Origin: Eledone cirrhosa
Lineage: Eukaryota
Length of the DNA: 64,000 nucleotides
Assembly: GCA_964016885.1 (NCBI GenBank)
Contig: OZ024740.1
Span: forward strand, 185,752,001-185,816,000
Direction: 5' to 3'
Shown here: positions 13,684 to 31,385 of the stretch, one piece after another
Layout of the letters: each line of letters starts with the position of its first letter
Numbering within the stretch: the stretch's first letter is position 1
Notes under the pieces: model-generated
Seen by the model: the letters and a program-made list of their open reading frames with translations, nothing else
The model's database searches: none
What the model was told of the DNA's origin: nothing
Made by a program: the position numbers and the translations under genes

Positions 13684-14329
13684 ATTCATTCATGTTAAGT
13701 GAAAACTAAATAAAACATAATTACATATTTTTCATATATTTCAATGGTTGAAATGTTTTATAGTATAATGGTCGGAATTTACAGAAGATTTAAGTGACGA
13801 GCAAGGACTGCTTATTTCTTCTGAAATGCATTTACCATCGATCGAACAATCCGATTTGGACTTGGTGTTAAGGTTATAGCTTTCGCTGTATATATAGTTT
13901 CTTTCAACTGTAGCAAGCTGATAAACGGTGTCAAGTAGAAATATGCTGCCTGCCAACTTGGCTTGAAACACACTTAATTTTATTGGCAAATAAATAGTTG
14001 CAAATATATTAACGATTCCGATGTGCCAAGAAATATTTCCATCAATAGTTATATTACGCATATTACGTATAGTCATATCCATAATCCCTAGGCATCTTAT
14101 TGTAATGTACCTAAATTCAGAAAGGATTACATCTGAAGCCCCTCTTCAAGCTTGTTGGGTCAACAATGACGTTTTTCTTAAAAATGATTTTTTAAAGATA
14201 TGTATGTTTTTCATTTTGTTGTATTGCTGATTGTCATTTCTGGATCAAAATTGAGGTTTAATCAGTGTAATACGAACGTCAATTCGAGTACTCTATCAAT
14301 AAATATACCACGTAATATACGCCGACAAA

Positions 14330-14512
14330 ATAATAGTTTCTACTTTTTGGCACAAGGCCAGCAATTACCCAGTACATTACTGGTACTTTATTTTATCGAC
14401 CCCGTAAGGATGAAAAGCACAGTTAACCTCGGCAAGATTTGAACTCAGATCATAAAGGGACATAACTATGCTAGAAAACATGGCGTCTGACCCTCTACCA
14501 ATACTGCCAATG
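14330..14512 (-). mobile_element. SINE family A
   Basis: Near full-length match to the other copies. Confidence 0.9.
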
Positions 14513-15475
14513 ACAAAATAATGAGAGAATTTAGTTTTCTAAATTCTTTATCATAAACCTCGATTAAAAGAATGACTTAGTCGATAATATTTGCATAAGC
14601 ATTTGGATGAATATTTGATCTTTTGCGTTAGTATTAGAGCTATGGCAGCCTTTTTTAATAGATTATTGGATTTTACTCTTTAATTATTTATTGGAATACA
14701 CTTTATGAAAAAACTGATCAGATTGAGAGAAATAGAAATAGTGATATGTACCTGTATGTATCTAAGTGCATGAATGCGCATATGATTGAATTTACATGAA
14801 ATGTGTTGAGAAACAGATTTAGATAGAATCAAAGGTGCTGTTTCATATTAAGTATGTGTTGTTTTTCAGCAGTTAATTAAACTTAACATCAAATATATTT
14901 TAGTAAATCCAGCGCCTTCTAGTTTCGGACAGTCTCTAGCTAGCGTTATAATCCAATCGTTTCCCTCTTCTCCAAGAAAGGTTAATCATTAGTTTTGGAG
15001 AATCGAGTGTCTCATTGACTCGCAATACAAAATAACTTAAAGAATACATATGCTGCAAATAAGTTGTCTTTCTAATATTTTCGCTTGTATATTGAGAATT
15101 GACTCCAACAGCATTACAGTCAGTCACGTTGGGAATACCTGTTTATTGGAGCTACTACAAGAAACGTCCAGTGCTGCAGTTTCTATTTGCTGCAAGACTA
15201 GCGTTAACAGGAATTAACCCTAAATTTGAATCTTCTGGAGATAGCTCTGTCATATGGAATAAGCTGACATTTTTGGTGTGCCAACATGAATTAAATTGGG
15301 AATACAGTTCCACCTTGAAAATATTAATCCCATAGAAATGTTAAGATCATTTTTGACGAGTACATCATTTAATCAGACTGAAACTGTAATATAACTTCAT
15401 AGTCTTGATGAAGCGCCTTCTTCCCAATCACACTAGTAATTATTTTTCTGAAAAGTATTTGCACATCCTAATAAT

Positions 15476-15663
15476 TGTTTTTACTTTTTGGCACAAGGCC
15501 AGCAATTATCCCAGTGCATTACTGGTACTTTATTGTATCGACCCTGTAAGGATGAAAGGCAAAGTTAACCTCGGCGGGATTTGAACTCAGATCATAAAGG
15601 GAGGTAAATCTATGCTTCAAAGCATGGCGTCCGACCCTAACCGATACTGCCAATCCACCGCCC
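15476..15663 (-). mobile_element. SINE family A, full length with 19-bp TSD
   Basis: TSD atttgcacatcctaataat at 15457-15475 and 15664-15682. A box TGGCAGTATCGG and B box GAGTTCAAATCC on the minus strand. Confidence 0.95.
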
Positions 15664-17314
15664 ATTTGCACATCCTAATAATGGTAGCTTCCCCTCTCTA
15701 AAAATCCTCATGGGCATCTTGACTATGAGTTCAATCAATTTCCGCAGCAGACTTTACTTTATTTAATAAATCTTTCTCCGTAATCATTATAACAAAAACG
15801 ATGACGATGGATTGGCAGAAAGAGGAGAATGCCTACTGCACTTATGTAACCTCAAATTACACTTCAAAATCTTCGTTATTAATTTAATTATATATCAATA
15901 TATACATATCACTCATTCATTAAACTTCGTCTATTTCCCACAATAATTCCACAAAATGTTTGTCACTTTTGCCAAGATATATCATTGAAGAATAATTTTG
16001 CTTAACACACGTCAGTGTTATTCTAATACATCATAATTTGTATAATGCAATATAATGTAATACGAAACAACTACATACTTTAAAACATGCCAACAGTTTT
16101 AATGAAACGACGGTAGTCCCTTCAAGCTAAAACTCTTCATGCCGGTCACTTTTTATGTTATGTGAACATGGTAGGATTTTAGATTTTTAAATCACGAATC
16201 GCTACGATATATATGTATTCAGGCTGCATTGTATTAAGATTACCTATTTAGAACTGCATCTATTTATTGTGCTGGGTTATTTTTACCCTTGAAACGTACC
16301 TGGATATCTAAATACATTCATAGTGTTTAGTGATAAACCATCACAAATTTGTAACCATCACACGCTCATCTGAACGCAACTAAATATTACAAACAAAATA
16401 TGTTGCCTTTATATGATCAATCGACATTTAAACAACATCTATTTCAAATGACACCCCGTCCATCCTTTCTCGTCATGTTAACGAGAAATATATAGTGAAT
16501 GCCGCAGTTCCAGATACAAAATTGATACGGAAATTACGAACTAAGTTTCCGGTCTGTAATTGAGGGAACATTTAATGAGCCTATTCTGGCGAAAGATTGT
16601 TTACGTAAGAAGCGGTGAGTAAAACCATTTGCTGTAATACTTTTAATTCTAATATATAACACATTTTTACATACTGTGTAATTTGATCATTTTCATTTCC
16701 TTCCTATTCTTTCAACCTATCAGCTCTTTCTCACATTCCCTTCTCACGGTTTTTATTATAACAAAAACGCAGGAAACCAGTCTACACCGAACCTCGTGAA
16801 GATTTTGATTAAACTACCACAAAGAAATAGCTTGATAAATGGGAATCGCTCCCCGGTGATAATACATAAACTAATATAAAGATATTATTACGAAGTGGAT
16901 ATAGAGAAAATTTAAGCAACTAACATAATACGACGTACCTATGATGTAGTACATAATTAACTAGTAAATATATTAGATATTACCTTAAACTGATAAAATA
17001 TTAATAACACATGAAATATATTACAATCCGATATCACTTCATTATTTCATTTTTAAATTGCATCCAAGATCATTATCTCATAATATCATTCATAGTAGAA
17101 AACTGAAGAGAACTAAAACAACCTCTAGCATTTAAACGAATAATTTAAGGTGACTTGATATTTTACTAATCCGTCGAAAATCTGGCTTCGGAAAATGTTT
17201 AATTTTTATATCATACCAAGTGCAGGGTTCATTTTGAAATTGAACACCTCTGAAAAGAAAGGTTTCTGGTACTAAATATATATATATATATATATATATA
17301 GATAGATATATATG

Positions 17315-17634
<320 letters not shown>

Positions 17635-18332
17635 GTGTGTGTGTGTGTGTCACATGTAGACATAAACTGTCTCCCTGTTTAATACTCCAATCGACGGCAT
17701 CATGTCTGTCAATATTTGAAGCAGGTCTCCGGTTTGAGATTTCCTCTCCCTCTCCATTCTAACACTTTTTAAGTCACAGAAAAGGAGGCCTAGCTTCTGC
17801 CGTTATGCCCATGGCTAACCTGCAAAAACGATTATGCATTAGACCGTATCCCTCGTCTAATTCATTTTAAACTTATTTAAGATAATTACAATAATTTTCG
17901 ACTATGTTTTCTTGAATCGATGTCAAATATATATCCCCTACATTTTGATGACTCTTCTACCTACCTATCTATTGATCGATTTTCGGATTACGAATAAGCT
18001 TCGTGCATTGTTGTTGTTATAGTTCAAGGGGGATAACTTAGTACATATATATATATATATATAGGTATAAATAGTCAGTCGGTCAGGCATATGAAGAGGC
18101 GGATAAATAAGTAGAAAGATAGGTGGGTAGTTGAGTAACCAGTTAGAGATATATTTCTTCTTTGTCCGAAAATAGACAGATGCATAGAGATTTGTTGTCA
18201 TTTTTATTGATGTGAACAAGCCTAGACACTTTCATATTTACATCAACCCACGCATATATATATATATTTATTTATTTTAGTTTTCAAATTTATTATTATT
18301 ACTATATATATATATATATATATATTTATATA

Positions 18333-18537
18333 GGTACGTTATTCCGGTTTGTATCGGAGGTAACCACAGTAAGTAAGGTACTCAATACATTGCAGAGTAT
18401 AACAGTTTTAATATAGATGAGATTCTACATGACTAGAACTGTTTCATTCTTTAGAAATCATCAGGAATCTCAGATTCCTGATGATTTCTAAAGAATGAAA
18501 CAGTTCTAGTCCTGTAGAATCTCATCTATATTAAAAA
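18333..18537. mobile_element. PLE-type tail fragment folded back into a palindrome holding two back-to-back hammerheads
   Basis: Near-perfect palindrome centred at 18471. The plus arm reads AGATTC-CTGATGA-tttctaaagaat-GAAA-CAG ttctagtc CTGT-A-GAATCT. Confidence 0.7.
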
Positions 18538-18542
18538 TGATA

Positions 18543-18604
<62 letters not shown>

Positions 18605-18609
18605 TATAA

Positions 18610-19130
18610 AGAAAAAAAGAAGAAATCGAAAATGCAACTGGAGTCTTATTTAAAAAATAATATATATATTTATTTGGTTCCTTAACCGGTTTCGTAGTTC
18701 TTCTGCTTTTCAAAAGTAGAGTCGAGATGGAGGGTCTGTGGCTTTTCTCACATCTAGTTGGTCTCTGCATGTTACTTGTTTTATATGGAAAAAAGAGGCT
18801 CGAAATGCCAGGTTTTTAGAGAAGTAATTTGATTGGTTGGTCAATAATTATAATAAATTTGGCGCCAGTTCACGTTACAATGTTCTTCAAACAATGGGGG
18901 GAGGGCTCAGGTTGTTTTTTCATATATGAGTATTTGAATTTATTTATACTTAAAAAAACGGGGCTCACGAAGGCTTTTTTTAATAAACGTAATTTGATTG
19001 GTTATAAATTAAATTATGGCTGTCACGTGAACAAGTTTTCATAACATTTCGGGCCCTTATTTAGAAATCTATTCTGTAGCCTTTTAAAGGAGTGAAGAAG
19101 GGAGGAATATATGAAAGTATGATTTTTCTG
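18610..19130 (-). mobile_element. Probable PLE pLTR/3' UTR remnant
   Basis: The minus strand has GAAACCGGTTA (palindromic helix III-like) near 18682-18693. It adjoins (TA)n at the left end. No coding remnant seen. Confidence 0.35.
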
Positions 19131-22100
19131 CATATCTTAGAATATCAAAATCTGGTTATTATATATATATATATATATACGTGTTTATATATGCAAAAAT
19201 GGAGTCATATATTCCATCTTCTCGCTTTTAACATACTCTATTTGGAATATGTGACGCAAACCATAGGCTTTTAATGCATGACCTCACTTTATGAAGACAT
19301 TTTGGATATTTTCACTCTCAGCATACGACTTGCTATTTATTTCCCCTATTATGTATCAAATTAATCTTTATCTCTATTGGGATATATAATGGATTCACTT
19401 CATCGTATTTTCTATGTAGAAACTTAACCAATATTTTTATTGTTGATTATTGATAGTTAAACCTTTTCATTGTATTTGTTATATTTCTTTTCATATTCTA
19501 GACGATGTTTTCAAATATTACGCAGATAATGTTTGAAAATATTATGGTAGCCATTTGTCTTCTTGTCTTTGGAATCTTATTTCTATGGTCTACAACGTAG
19601 ATAAAATACGTCTATATGTACATCTTATACGAATCCTCCTCCAATCTTCTACCTGTTTTTAATGTTTTCGAATTTTTATTTATGTTTTCATAACCTAAAT
19701 TGTATCTGGTTGGTTCTACTTTGAAGGAATATTTATGCATCCTCTTTATCTAAACATCATATGTTTATGGCTCTCTATAAATGTATGTGTTGATATTATA
19801 GTGACATACGTGTGCTACTCAAATATTTATCTCTATGTATATGATTGCATTTACTCGATACAGAGGCTATCGGCGTTTGTATGTGTATTATGTACCTTAT
19901 ATAGTTGTTGAAGCTAATAGAAATACAAAGCCCATGGAAGTTGAATTGTATTGTGATATCCAATTTTACTACTTTATCTATCCATTTAAAGGGACGAAAT
20001 ACTGTGCGATGTGCGTCGTTCTTTTATTATGCTGTTTAAATATCTATATAATATATAGCAGAAATAGATAAAAAAACGAATATAATTTTGTTTATATGTT
20101 TGAAAATGCAACTATTCAACACAAGATGTGAGATAACATATCTAGCTATACAGATAAAGCGAGGGAAATTATAAATATCCATGGATCGAAATATGTTAGC
20201 TGAAAATCTATGATCGGGTTACGTATATATTGTAAACTAGGACTTCCATCAGTATATAATATAAATAACTGAAACATTGAAGTACGCAGAAAACAGTATA
20301 GCCCCTCTAGAGTTCATATTTATGTCATATTGCTGAAATTAAAACGTCAGTTTGAAAAAAAATTTAATGGAAAACTATATCGCTAAATGGAATATGCTCG
20401 GGTACCTTGAGTAAAAAACACAATTCTGTTACGAACAAGTGATCTTTTGAAAGGTTGCTGCATGAAATATTAGAACTTTCCTCTCACCTCAATTGATTAA
20501 TTCCATTTATGAATAGAATGTTGACCTCCCTGCTTTCATAATACCGTTCCCCAGTCACGAACTGGACAGAAATATTATGACATATTTATTCCACCTGACA
20601 ATAGTGCACCAACAGTCAGCATTTCTTATTGAGAGCTTAGCTTGAATGTTAATACATGTAACATGCTTTGGGGAATTTATGAGAAGTTGGACGAATTGGA
20701 ATTATATATACATTTATTAAATATTAATTTCAAACTTTAACTGTGTGTGTTGCATTCAGTGTATATAAGATCGATGGTCAATATTATGTAATAATGTAGA
20801 TTTTAACATCATAAATTGTTACAATAAGTTTGAGAGATTATGATAATATATATGGTAAACTGCAATAGCCTCACAATTATCTGATGACTTCATTAAACAC
20901 CTTATATTCATACATCTAATCATTTCTTTTGTTTGGGAGAATTTGGATATGTTGTTTCTATGTGCGTGTTATGAGAGAATTGCATACAATTATTAGAATG
21001 TATGGAGTGAATAAAACAAAACGCGTCGACTAAACGAACCAATGTTTGATAAGTTTGTAGGTTAGGCTTTCATAAGACGACATAGAAGAACAAAAGGTAC
21101 AGATATGCATAACTATACGAAACTTAACCAATGTGATTGTTCTTAAAACCGTGATTAGGGATCAGAGTTGTCACTGAGGAATTGTGTTTTATGTTTACGT
21201 TGTACACACTTTCAGCATTTATATATTGTGATCCATATAAATGAATCTACCCTTTCCTTGAAACATGTGTTACGATAAACGTTCTATCACGCGCCAACTT
21301 TTTGATAGATGTGAATTCATATATAGAGCCTCACTGATTAGTTCACTGAAATACATTGTGTAAAGTTGTTGTTGCCCGGCCACAGGGCATTCCGTAGTGA
21401 GCACATTTATGATAAATATCATAACCATTTCGTCTTACGTGTTTAGGTTTATGCTATTCTTTTTAAGATGTGGCTTCTATTTATACAGATGACTCGTTTA
21501 TTATGAGATTAAATCATGTGGAAAATATTTCTTTATTATTTTATGTATACTAAATATTCCCTATTTTATAGCTGTTTTCGAAATTCACTTTAATTAAACA
21601 GTTTGAATAATTAAACAGTTTGAATATATGTCAAATTTGTGTATGTGCTCATTATCACGTGTTATTCATAAATACACAGTGACAAGTTAGTTTCGTTTTC
21701 ACTTTTACTTCTCAGCTTTTTCGAAATCGTATGAAGTGTATAGTTGACTTTAAGTTTTCCTTTACATTAACATGCCAACAAATTATTTAATTGGAGATAG
21801 ATCCTACAACACATGTTTAACAATAATTCTATATACTGAATAGTTGCTTTTATGCCTTTTGACCTTTAACTAAACTAGTGAATAAGATTTTAAAACATTC
21901 AAATACACAATAAACAGTTCACTGTAGGTTTAATGAAAATGGGTTGCTATTTAAACGAGTGCTTTTAAATATCTTAAATACATAGAAATCTATAACGGAA
22001 AGAAGATAAATTTACTGATATAAATGTTGTAGTTTGTGCCCTATCAAATGACATTGTATGACACTTAAATATTCTTACAGTGTCATTTAACGGTATTTCT

Positions 22101-22178
22101 CATTATTGTAATTATATTTTATTTCCTTTTAATGTTATGGATTGATATTTAACTATTAACAGTATGTAAGAAATACAA

Positions 22179-23187
<1,009 letters not shown>

Positions 23188-23207
23188 ATGTATATATATA
23201 TATATAC

Positions 23208-23245
<38 letters not shown>

Positions 23246-23273
23246 AGAGAGAGAGGGAGAGAGAGAGAGAGAA

Positions 23274-23335
<62 letters not shown>

Positions 23336-24809
23336 GGAGAGGTGTAAACATTATTTGATAATCACGATCATACCTATTGAATTATATTTAGAGTTTAGAA
23401 TTTATATCTACTATAACTTAGTTCTCAAACAAATGTCGTTTTAGAATTTTCTTCATTATTTATATCTATGTTATCTTTCATCAGACAGATATATGATCAA
23501 AATCGTCCGAACCATATCCATCGAAATTTATATTTAAACTATATTAATGTGACCAGGGCTGTATTATGGAATGTGTCGTTCTTGATTTTATACAGCAAAG
23601 TATGTTTTCGGTGTAACTGGGAGGCCGTTTCCATCAGATCGAACGACTACGTATATGATTCGTCGTTGTCTTAGTTTGTTGTTGATTTAGAGACATGTGT
23701 GTGAAATAAAATAATGACGGAAAGTTGTAGACATGTACTTGTGTATCAAACAACTACGTATTAAAAGCGAGCTTCCTTTATTTTTGAAGAGCAAAACTTT
23801 ATTCATTCATCAACCTCTAGCTTAATTTCTTTCCATATTATTCTGCATTGAATCTGGACATGATAATCCATCATTGTAAATATTTCAACAGCAATATATT
23901 ATTTCAGCTGTCTTATATTTCCTCTTCTTCACTATCATAAATCTCATTTGTTTTGAATGAATTTCATTTTATGATTTATAGTTCATTTCACGTTAATTCT
24001 TTTTTTTTTTCATTTTTGAAAGGTGCATTATAATCTTTATCGTATTTGATAGATTTATAGCATTTTCTCTTCAAGTCTAGGCGTTTAGGCGTCAGGATTA
24101 TCGAAAAGAGGTATCAGATGTACGGGTGTCGTAAATAACGTTATTTAGACTTATATCTAAAACGGAAATCGGATCACACTCACAAATTCGTATTATCCAA
24201 ACCTTACACAATATATACTATTTAAATTAGACTTTAAATAATACATCAAACGAGAAATAGCAGCTAAATCGCTTTCAGCCTACCAACTTAGGAAAATGCA
24301 ATAAACATTGCTCAATTTAGTCTGGTCTGTTTTATACAGATAAGACAGAATGTCTACGGCTGAAAATATTCTAACTAATAAAACATCACGATTAGAACAG
24401 ATCAGGGTCGAAATAACAGTAAAAACAAATAAATCGATACGTTTGAAAAATATGTATTAGTAAATAAACCATCGGAACGTCGAGTGCATTGAAATTCTTT
24501 GTAAATTTAGAAAGTCACGAGCCTATAATAAAACACTATACAATTAACTGTTCACAAATATTTTTTTGCATTCGAGATTTTCTAAAATATTAATAGCTTG
24601 AGGTTCAAGATATTTTCGTGAAGCATCTCTACTTTCTTCTACGATCCATGATAAAAGCACAGTGCGTCAAGTAGCGACAGCATAAAACTACCCTCATGTA
24701 TCAACTGCCAATTCAGGAGGAACCGCTACAGAAAAAATAGCATAATTGCGATGCGACAGCTTGCCTGTAATCCGTCAATTGGAACATGTAAAAGAGTAAA
24801 AGAACATAG

Positions 24810-24886
<77 letters not shown>

Positions 24887-25690
24887 TGTGTGTGTGTGTG
24901 CGTGTGTGTGTGTGTGTAGTTTGGAGAACGTGGAATTGCATTAGAAAAAGAAAGTAGTCTTTTCCAACTCCTAAATGGACTGGGAATTTGGGACCCCTAT
25001 AGATTACAGCTTTATGTCTCCATGTCTACAGATTATTTGTAGAACACGATGGGGGGATCGAGGTAGCATACTCCTCAAGCATGCCTCATGCTTCCAAAAC
25101 GCAGCAATTAACCGTAATAATAGTCGACAAATGTTGATAATAGTTGCGAAAGTCTGGTAGTTTAAACTTAGTAACAGAAATCATTGAACAGAGAAATCAG
25201 TGATTAATCGAAATCCGTACCTCTTGAATACACGACGACAGCATTAGCATTTAATTTAAGAGTGCAATAGCCTCTTTCCTCTGTATTGTTTATTATTCCC
25301 TATAGATTGACGCTGTAAGCTAGCTGGATATAAAGAAATCTTACAATTCATTGAAAAGCTGGGAATATTTGAAAGTGGGAATATCCCCAAAGAAAGAATA
25401 TAATCGTAGAAACAGTCGAACTGTATAGATAATAGTTGCGGAAATAGGGTTGACTACCGGTAGGAATTGAAAATGATGTCGGAGTTTCATACGATGAATC
25501 GAACCACGTTTCCTTCGGATAACGCACACTTAATCGAAGTGAAAACTGACAATCAATTTCAGACACTACAGCTTGGCGGCTGAATGTAGGTGAATCAACT
25601 TTTCAAATTTCAAATACTCCCATCTTTTCTGATGCTCATACGTTTTTACACTCTCTCTCTTTCTCTATATCTTTCAATATATATCTATGT

Positions 25691-25754
<64 letters not shown>

Positions 25755-25781
25755 GTGTGTGTGTGTGTGTGTGTGTGTATG

Positions 25782-25816
<35 letters not shown>

Positions 25817-26617
25817 TTTATGTGTGTGTGTGTGTGTATGTGTTTGTGTGTGTCTGTACTAACCCTTTTTATATATTTACCTTTGAATTGTCTTCTGAAA
25901 ATAGTTAATTATTATTGCAAGATTAAAAATGCTAAAAGAATATTGTTGCATAAATAAATTTACTTATAACATCCAGGTTATTCCAAATCATTTCATCATC
26001 CAGAAAAATGTGCATGTACGACAATATTTCTTGATATACCTTTGTCTAAGCCTTGCGGCATCATGATGTTCCTTACTGTGGTGATGAGACTATCAATGCA
26101 GGAACACCATGGTAGATGCAGAGTGGATCTACCTGTAATTTTGTCAAAAAAAAGTAAACATATATAAATATATATTTCCAAGACATGTTGTTATCAGAGG
26201 AAAGAAGAAAAAATCAAACAGAATATTCGCAAACATGCTGATTTCATCCTGTTGTTTGTCTTTATCCGCAAGGCTAATTGGTGTTTCCGTAGATGATTGA
26301 CATCAGTAACATTAACAGCAGCTGCAAACATTATCAACAAACATGTTCTTGCTCATGATTAAGAATTTTTACCTATGTTGTAAATGTATCGAACAAAATG
26401 AACACTTGTTGGTTTTTTATGTTATTATTTTTGTTTATGTTATTTTTCTAATTAGCCTTTTCCTTTTTCGCGTTTTGCTTTTCCATTTTTTCTTTTCCCA
26501 CCCCAACACATTTTATGACAGAAATACCGATATGTAACAATTCGAGTGAATTTAATTAGACGTTAAATCACATAGACGAAAATAGCGTTTCCTTTTTACA
26601 TATATGTAATGTGGAGC

Positions 26618-27940
<1,323 letters not shown>

Positions 27941-28216
27941 AGTATGTATATACTATTCCCTCGGTATACCTATTTATATGTTATTTACCTCAGACCTTTA
28001 AACAAATACATGCAAATAACAACACAGCTTCAGGAAAATGTTTTTATGTTAAAAGTTGTGTTTCACCTTTGAAATAATCATTGGTAATATCCATCAAGAA
28101 TGATCTGGGATGAATGACCATAAACAGAAATGTAATGTTGTAAAAAGGACCACAGTATTTGATTCTATAAAAGCGGCAAAGAATGCAGTATTGTTGTAAT
28201 ATCATTATGCATATGA

Positions 28217-28402
28217 GGAGTGGATTGGCAGTATCGGTAGAGGGCGTGACGCCATGCTTTCCAGAATAGTTACGTCCCTTTACGATCTGAGTTGAAATCC
28301 CGCCGAGGTTGACTTTGCCTTTCATCCTTATGGGGTCGATAAAATAAAGTACCAGTAATATACTGGGTAATTGCTGGCCTTGTGCCTAAAGTAGAAACAA
28401 TT
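28217..28402 (+). mobile_element. SINE family A with 18-bp TSD
   Basis: TSD attatgcatatgaggagt at 28204-28221 and 28400-28417. Confidence 0.93.
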
Positions 28403-28479
28403 ATGCATATGAGGAGTAAAATATTTCTTTCCATTTTCAGGCACAGTTGAACAATGCAATCTTAGTATTTTAACTTCAT

Positions 28480-28600
28480 TATTCTGAGTTCAAATCCCGC
28501 CGATGTTAACTTAGCCTTTCATGCTTACGGGGTTGATAAAATAAAGTACCAGTAATGCACTGATTAATTACTGACCTTGTGCTAAAAGTAGAAATAATTA
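28480..28600 (+). mobile_element. SINE family A, 5'-truncated
   Basis: Runs from the B box to the 3' tail. Confidence 0.85.
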
Positions 28601-28689
28601 AATATTGGACGATGTGATAGATAAAATGATAGAGCACTCTATTCAAAATGGACTGGCAAGATATATTTTTATATCTTACGATTCTATAG

Positions 28690-29105
28690 ATCGGGGTATT
28701 GGTATTATTAGAAGCATGCCGGACACAATGCTTTGCAGCATATAAGTTACGTTCGTTTAAGTTCTGTGTTCAAATACTAAGAATGTTAGCTTTTCCTTAC
28801 ATCTTTACGTGGTCGATATAATTGTTTCTACTTTGGGCACAAGGCCAGCAATTACCCAGTGCATTACTGGTACTTTATTTTATCGACCCCGTAAGGATGA
28901 AAGGCAAAGTCAACCTCGGCGGGATTTGAACTCAGATCGTAAAGGGACGTAACTATGCTGGAAAGCATGGCGTCCGACCCTCTACCGATACTGCCAATCC
29001 ACCGTGGTCGATATAATGTACCAGTAATGCTCTGTGGTAGGTTTAATCGACTTTCTCCTCCCCAAAATATTTGGTCTTTTGATGCTTAAATCAGAAATCA
29101 CTATT
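28690..29105 (+). mobile_element. Older SINE A copy interrupted by a younger antisense SINE A (28823-29002)
   Basis: 15-bp TSD cgtggtcgatataat at 28808-28822 and 29003-29017. The host SINE resumes after the second copy. Confidence 0.88.
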
Positions 29106-29973
29106 AATAAATTAAAGAAGAGCAGAGCAGAATGTGTTTAGAATAGAGACTAAATATGTTTTATTCTAGAGTGATATGACCCCTTATTTATTGTTAACAT
29201 ATATCAAAACTATATTTTGTGGTACCTATCAATTTTACTATTTCCCAAAATTTGCTGGCCTTGTGCCTAATTCAGAAATAAGTATCAACTGTTTAGAGTG
29301 ACAAAACGTGAAACTTGATCTTTAAATATCGAAGCTGACGAAAAGCGGAGCTCTCATGTCATTATATTTGCCAGAAATATCAGTCATATCTTCCTCACAT
29401 CACAGTCATCATCATTAGTAGAGAAGGGCACGTTGGTTATTGTAGAGTTAAACATCCCTAAGGAAACGGACTAGCCTTTGCTTAAATAGTGTGATAATAG
29501 TTGCTCAGTCTGACCTGCCGCAATGTTAAGTAAGACTCTCAGCAGAGTTTGTTATGTTCACTTGTCAATCACCTGGTTCCAGGTTCAAATCCCATTTGCG
29601 CTCCACAGTGGGCAAGTATCTATTTTCTCATTTTGGGAAACATAGTGTGCATGCAAAATGGTTGAGGGGAAATAGAATGAAAAAACAATTAAATAAATAC
29701 ATATGTGAAAAGAGTAATTTTTCTGCTTCACTGTGGTTTAAGAAACCTTGGCGTTGGGATTTGTGACTTGCGAACCAGTAATATGAACGCATTTTGAGCA
29801 TCATTGAAGCAACCCAAAACAGCACACACGATGAGATCCGAATCCTTACAGATTTTCAAACAAACATATTTTATCGATCTCTGATACACCTCAGCCTATA
29901 GTGAATCTATATTATAAAAGTCAAGCTGATATCTTATTGACTGTCCGTCACAACATATGTACATATATATATT

Positions 29974-30174
29974 TCCAAAACTAATCAGATTAGAGCAAAC
30001 ATCACGGGCACTCTATCTCAAAATAATTTTTGAAAAGCATTAGAAATGCGCAACCGGTGAAACTTAAAACCAAAACTGAATAGTAACCAGTACTATTACT
30101 AATTTTTGCTTATTCCTAATTAAACTATTTTTCACTGGAAACAATTTGTCAGCATTTTCTTTTCCGTTTACCAA
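29974..30174 (+). mobile_element. 3'-end fragment of the PLE family at 6515-7687
   Basis: Matches 7487-7687; tail-to-tail with the next copy across a short (TA)n. Confidence 0.88.
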
Positions 30175-30829
30175 TATATATATATATATTGGTAAACGGA
30201 AAAGTGAATGCTGACAAATTGTTCCAAGTGAAAAATAGTTTAATTAGGAATAAGGAAAAATTAGTAATTGTATTGGTTAGTATTCAGTTTTGGTTTTAAG
30301 TTTTACCGGTTGCGCATTTCTAATGCTTTTCAAAAATAATTTTGAGATAGAGCGTCCGTGATGTTTGCTCTGATCTGATTAGTTTTGGGAATTCTACCTG
30401 TTTTTATGTTAAAAAAGTGGCTCCAGCGGTATTAAAATAAGTTTTGCGCCAATTCGTGTTGCAAAAATTCTTGTGGTCAAAACAATTTTGATTGGTCGGT
30501 AGATGTCATGTGAATGTAAAAAAATGATTTTGCGCCAAATGTAAGTTTGTGTCGGCTGACTGAGAAATGTCTCTTTCACAACAAATATGTGTGTGTGTGT
30601 GTATTAGTTGTAAAGTGTTCGTTGTTGTGATAATGGTCAGCAGGGATGTGCGTGCGAACCGCAGCCTGTTGACAGTTCAAATGCCTATTAAGACAAGTGT
30701 GAGTGTGTGTGTGCGTGTGTAGCAGAGTAATTCGTGGTAGAGGGATGGTCAGTAGGAATGTGTCTGTAAGTGAGTGGGGGATATTTTAACATGTTAAAAG
30801 ATATTTTTCAGCTCTTGTCTTATACCGAG

Positions 30830-30870
<41 letters not shown>

Positions 30871-31119
30871 TCTATCTGTATGTTAATGTACGCGTGTGTA
30901 TGTGTGTGTGTATATATATGTGTGTGTGTGTGGGTGGACCAGTATTTTTTTCCTGGTAAAATGGTGTACATTATTCGATATTTTCAGTAAAATCGATTCT
31001 CTCAATAGAACATCAAAAACCTTAATAATAAAATGTGTGGAATGATATATAGTATTGGCATAATACCAAGGTGTGTGTGAGTGTGTGTGTGTGCCCAGAT
31101 TGTACGTACTGAAAGGGGG

Positions 31120-31385
31120 GCTCCTTAGGCCTTGCCGTATTGGAATACCTGTGTACAAATATGTATCTGGAGTGTGTCCAGAAATTGTATATCTGTGCAC
31201 AAATTGTACACTTGTGCACAAATCGTACACATGTATCTGGAGTGTTTCCAGAAATTGTATACCTGTGCACAAATATGTATCTGGAGTGTGTCCAGATTGT
31301 AAGGCCTTGCCGTATTGGAATACCTGGGCACAAATATGTATCTGGAGTGTGTCCAAAAATTGTATACCTGTGCACAAAAATGTAT
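31120..31385. repeat. Irregular minisatellite of about 40-65 bp units inside the PLE 3' UTR
   Basis: Repeated cctgtg(t/c)acaaatatgtatctggagtgtgtccagaaattgtata. Confidence 0.85.

Noticed and set aside
31120-31385. CRISPR-like array
   Set aside because: Eukaryotic context, no unique spacers and no cas genes; it is an irregular minisatellite.
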